Positions 61,981 through 64,000 of a stretch of DNA of 64,000 nucleotides are shown here, piece after piece. Under the pieces are notes generated by a model. That model was not told the origin of the DNA and did no database searches. It saw only the letters and a list, made by a program, of their open reading frames with translations. Position 1 is the stretch's first letter; each line of letters starts with the position of its first letter. The stretch spans positions 1,488,001-1,552,000 of the forward strand of contig JAYWIR010000015.1 in the NCBI GenBank assembly GCA_036172245.1, written 5' to 3'. The position numbers and the translations under genes were made by a program. This DNA comes from Raillietiella orientalis. Lineage: Eukaryota.

Positions 61981-64000
61981 CTAGAAAAGAAAGTGACTTT
62001 CCAACAAAACCATTCCAACACTTCCATTTCCCGCTGAAATTTCAAAATAGTAAAATTAGGTCGTAGTAATAATAATAACAAAAGAAGTTTACTTGCACTG
62101 ATGAAATGACGATGTCTCCAGTTGAGAACATCGTCGTTGAACGAAGTTTCTATGGAAAAGATCGTGCACATTTTAAAGCTCAGATGCGAAAGATACAACA
62201 CCTTGCGACAGTTTTACTGCGAGGATGACATCCCAGTTTTGATTTTGGTGAGATCCAAGTAAGATTTACGGTCAAGAAAAAAGCAATGCAGCTGTCTTTT
62301 CTCTCGAATGAGGTTACAAACTTCCGCTTGCATTCCCCTGAAGGAAAAGGCTGCTTCCGTGTGTTTTGTCAGCACTATGCATGCCAGCATTCGTGTATCA
62401 AATGTGGAGTTCGGATTTTACGAGACTGTTGATTTTCCGAGGAATACCTTTCCCAGTATGTTTCTGATCTGCACAAAGGCTATGCGGGTCTGGGCTATTT
62501 TTTTTCCTTCGAAAATTAAACATTGAAATGTTCTTTTCCATCCGTAGCAAAAGCAGCGCTCTCTTCAGTTGATGACAGCATATCCATTTTTCGAATCGGC
62601 ACTTCTGCGGGGGTTTTCGAAAAATTTCGCAATCCTACAATAAATAAACCCGCTGGAATTTTTTAAATCGGATGATTGATTCTCCGGATCTGGAGACTTC
62701 CATGTTCATCCGTTGCTGTTCTATTTAGATTTCGTTTATCGATCTATGGGCTCCAGCCAGTTTCTTGGAATCTCGATTAAAATGATACCAGGCAATAATC
62801 GTAATCTTCAATGTTGTTGTTGTTCCCTCCTCTAAGCAGGTAGTTTTTCAACCAGAAGAAACAATGGGTCTTCTCATAGCCGCATGATTCTCTCTTTTTG
62901 ATTTCTTGCAAACTGAACATCGCCGATTCTTTCACCTTCATGGATACATTGCTCAAGTAACCACACTTCATCCTTAGACCAGTCTCAGAATCCGGAGTCA
63001 GTTATTATTTTCCCATGGGAACCAGAAATCTTGTCCTCTATGGTTATATCTTTGACCAGAAATACCTTCAGCATACACAGATACCCCCCTTCAATCGTCA
63101 ACTTATCAGCCTTCATTTCATGTAACTCGATGCAACTAATAATCAAATTGCATCTGGATTACGGATAAAGAAATGTGTATCTTCTACATTCCTATTTTCC
63201 AGAAGCAGAACTCGAAATCCAAAGAAGGAAACGGAGCTGTTTCCGGACGTCATATGAAACATAAGTGGGTCGTGTATGCATGACACTGACGACTGGAGCG
63301 ATGTGGAAAACCATAACCGATGGAACGTGAGAGCCATGCCAAAGAGGAATGCATCCGTTTTCGCTGATTGGAAAAGGTTAATCAGAGTGCACGGATTTGC
63401 AGATATGACGGCTAATCATTCGGTCCCGCGGCTTGCTGAGGGACTGCGAGTCTTGGGAGGGATCGCCGTCTTCCCGGAAGCTGCTGTCCTGCCTCACTTC
63501 AATATGCATGTGCAACAAGTAACTTCTGCGAATGCATAGAACTCAAAAAGCGCTTGCCATTTTCGTATTGCGATTGACGAAGCATCCTGAAGAGTTCACG
63601 ATGTATATGTATCTGTAAGTTGATTCTGAGAGTGGAAATTGGATTATCTCAAACCCTTCAGATGGAAGACACTGCTTTCGATTCACTGCTTTCCAAAATC
63701 TTTTTTTTTGTGTGTGTGTTTTGCAGGCATCGAGATCCTGATCAAAAAGCATGATGGGCTTGGTACAATCGAATATGTGTATTTTTTTCCAAGAAAGTCT
63801 TGAACAAGAATAATTCACCAATGTTCAAACACACACACACACACACACACACACAACGCATTGTCTTAAAGAAAAAAAAAAATGTTTCAAAAGGATCTTT
63901 GTTTGTTTGCTACTGCAGTTCATGAAAGAAGGAATTGCCTTCAAAACGAATCGTTGTGAGCTTTAGAAAAGTCGTAAAATGAATTCAGACGTTGGTGAAT

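Noticed and set aside
62093..62149. Candidate 57-nt KIDINS220 exon (KLRSTTMFSTGDIVISSVQ)
   Set aside because: Splice sites and phase fit, but there is no recognisable homology, so it is not called.
1..64000. CRISPR arrays, rRNA, prokaryotic operons, TTAGG telomeric arrays
   Set aside because: No regularly spaced repeat-spacer structure, rRNA motifs or telomeric arrays were seen. The genes are spliced and eukaryotic.

Overview
Eukaryotic (animal) genomic DNA, most likely a pancrustacean arthropod. This is inferred from the C-type lectin subfamily and the KIDINS220/DNAJC22 sequences; the species cannot be determined here. There are three compositional zones. (1) About 1-27.5 kb is CpG-rich mosaic sequence dense in microsatellites and homopolymers. 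It holds the last three coding exons of a METTL9/DREV methyltransferase (+), split by a 7.2-kb intron, and I could not find its 5' exons. (2) About 27.5-55.8 kb is a very GC-rich graveyard of decayed L1/Tx1-like non-LTR retrotransposon fragments, with two tRNA-derived SINE-like copies and an inverted repeat pair. One intact, intronless, secreted C-type lectin gene with a TATA box and AATAAA sits inside it. (3) About 55.8-64 kb is AT-rich and compact. It holds a complete 4-exon DNAJC22/wurst gene (+) converging tail-to-tail on the 3' half of KIDINS220/ARMS (-), mostly with 40-60 nt introns. Most long ORFs in the supplied track are GC-driven artefacts. No clearly new biological system can be established from sequence alone. 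The best leads are a repeated SINE + antisense mini-Tx1 composite, ultra-short introns without pyrimidine tracts, the DNAJC22/KIDINS220 3' overlap and the high density of poly-G/C tracts. All exon boundaries and identities were worked out by hand.
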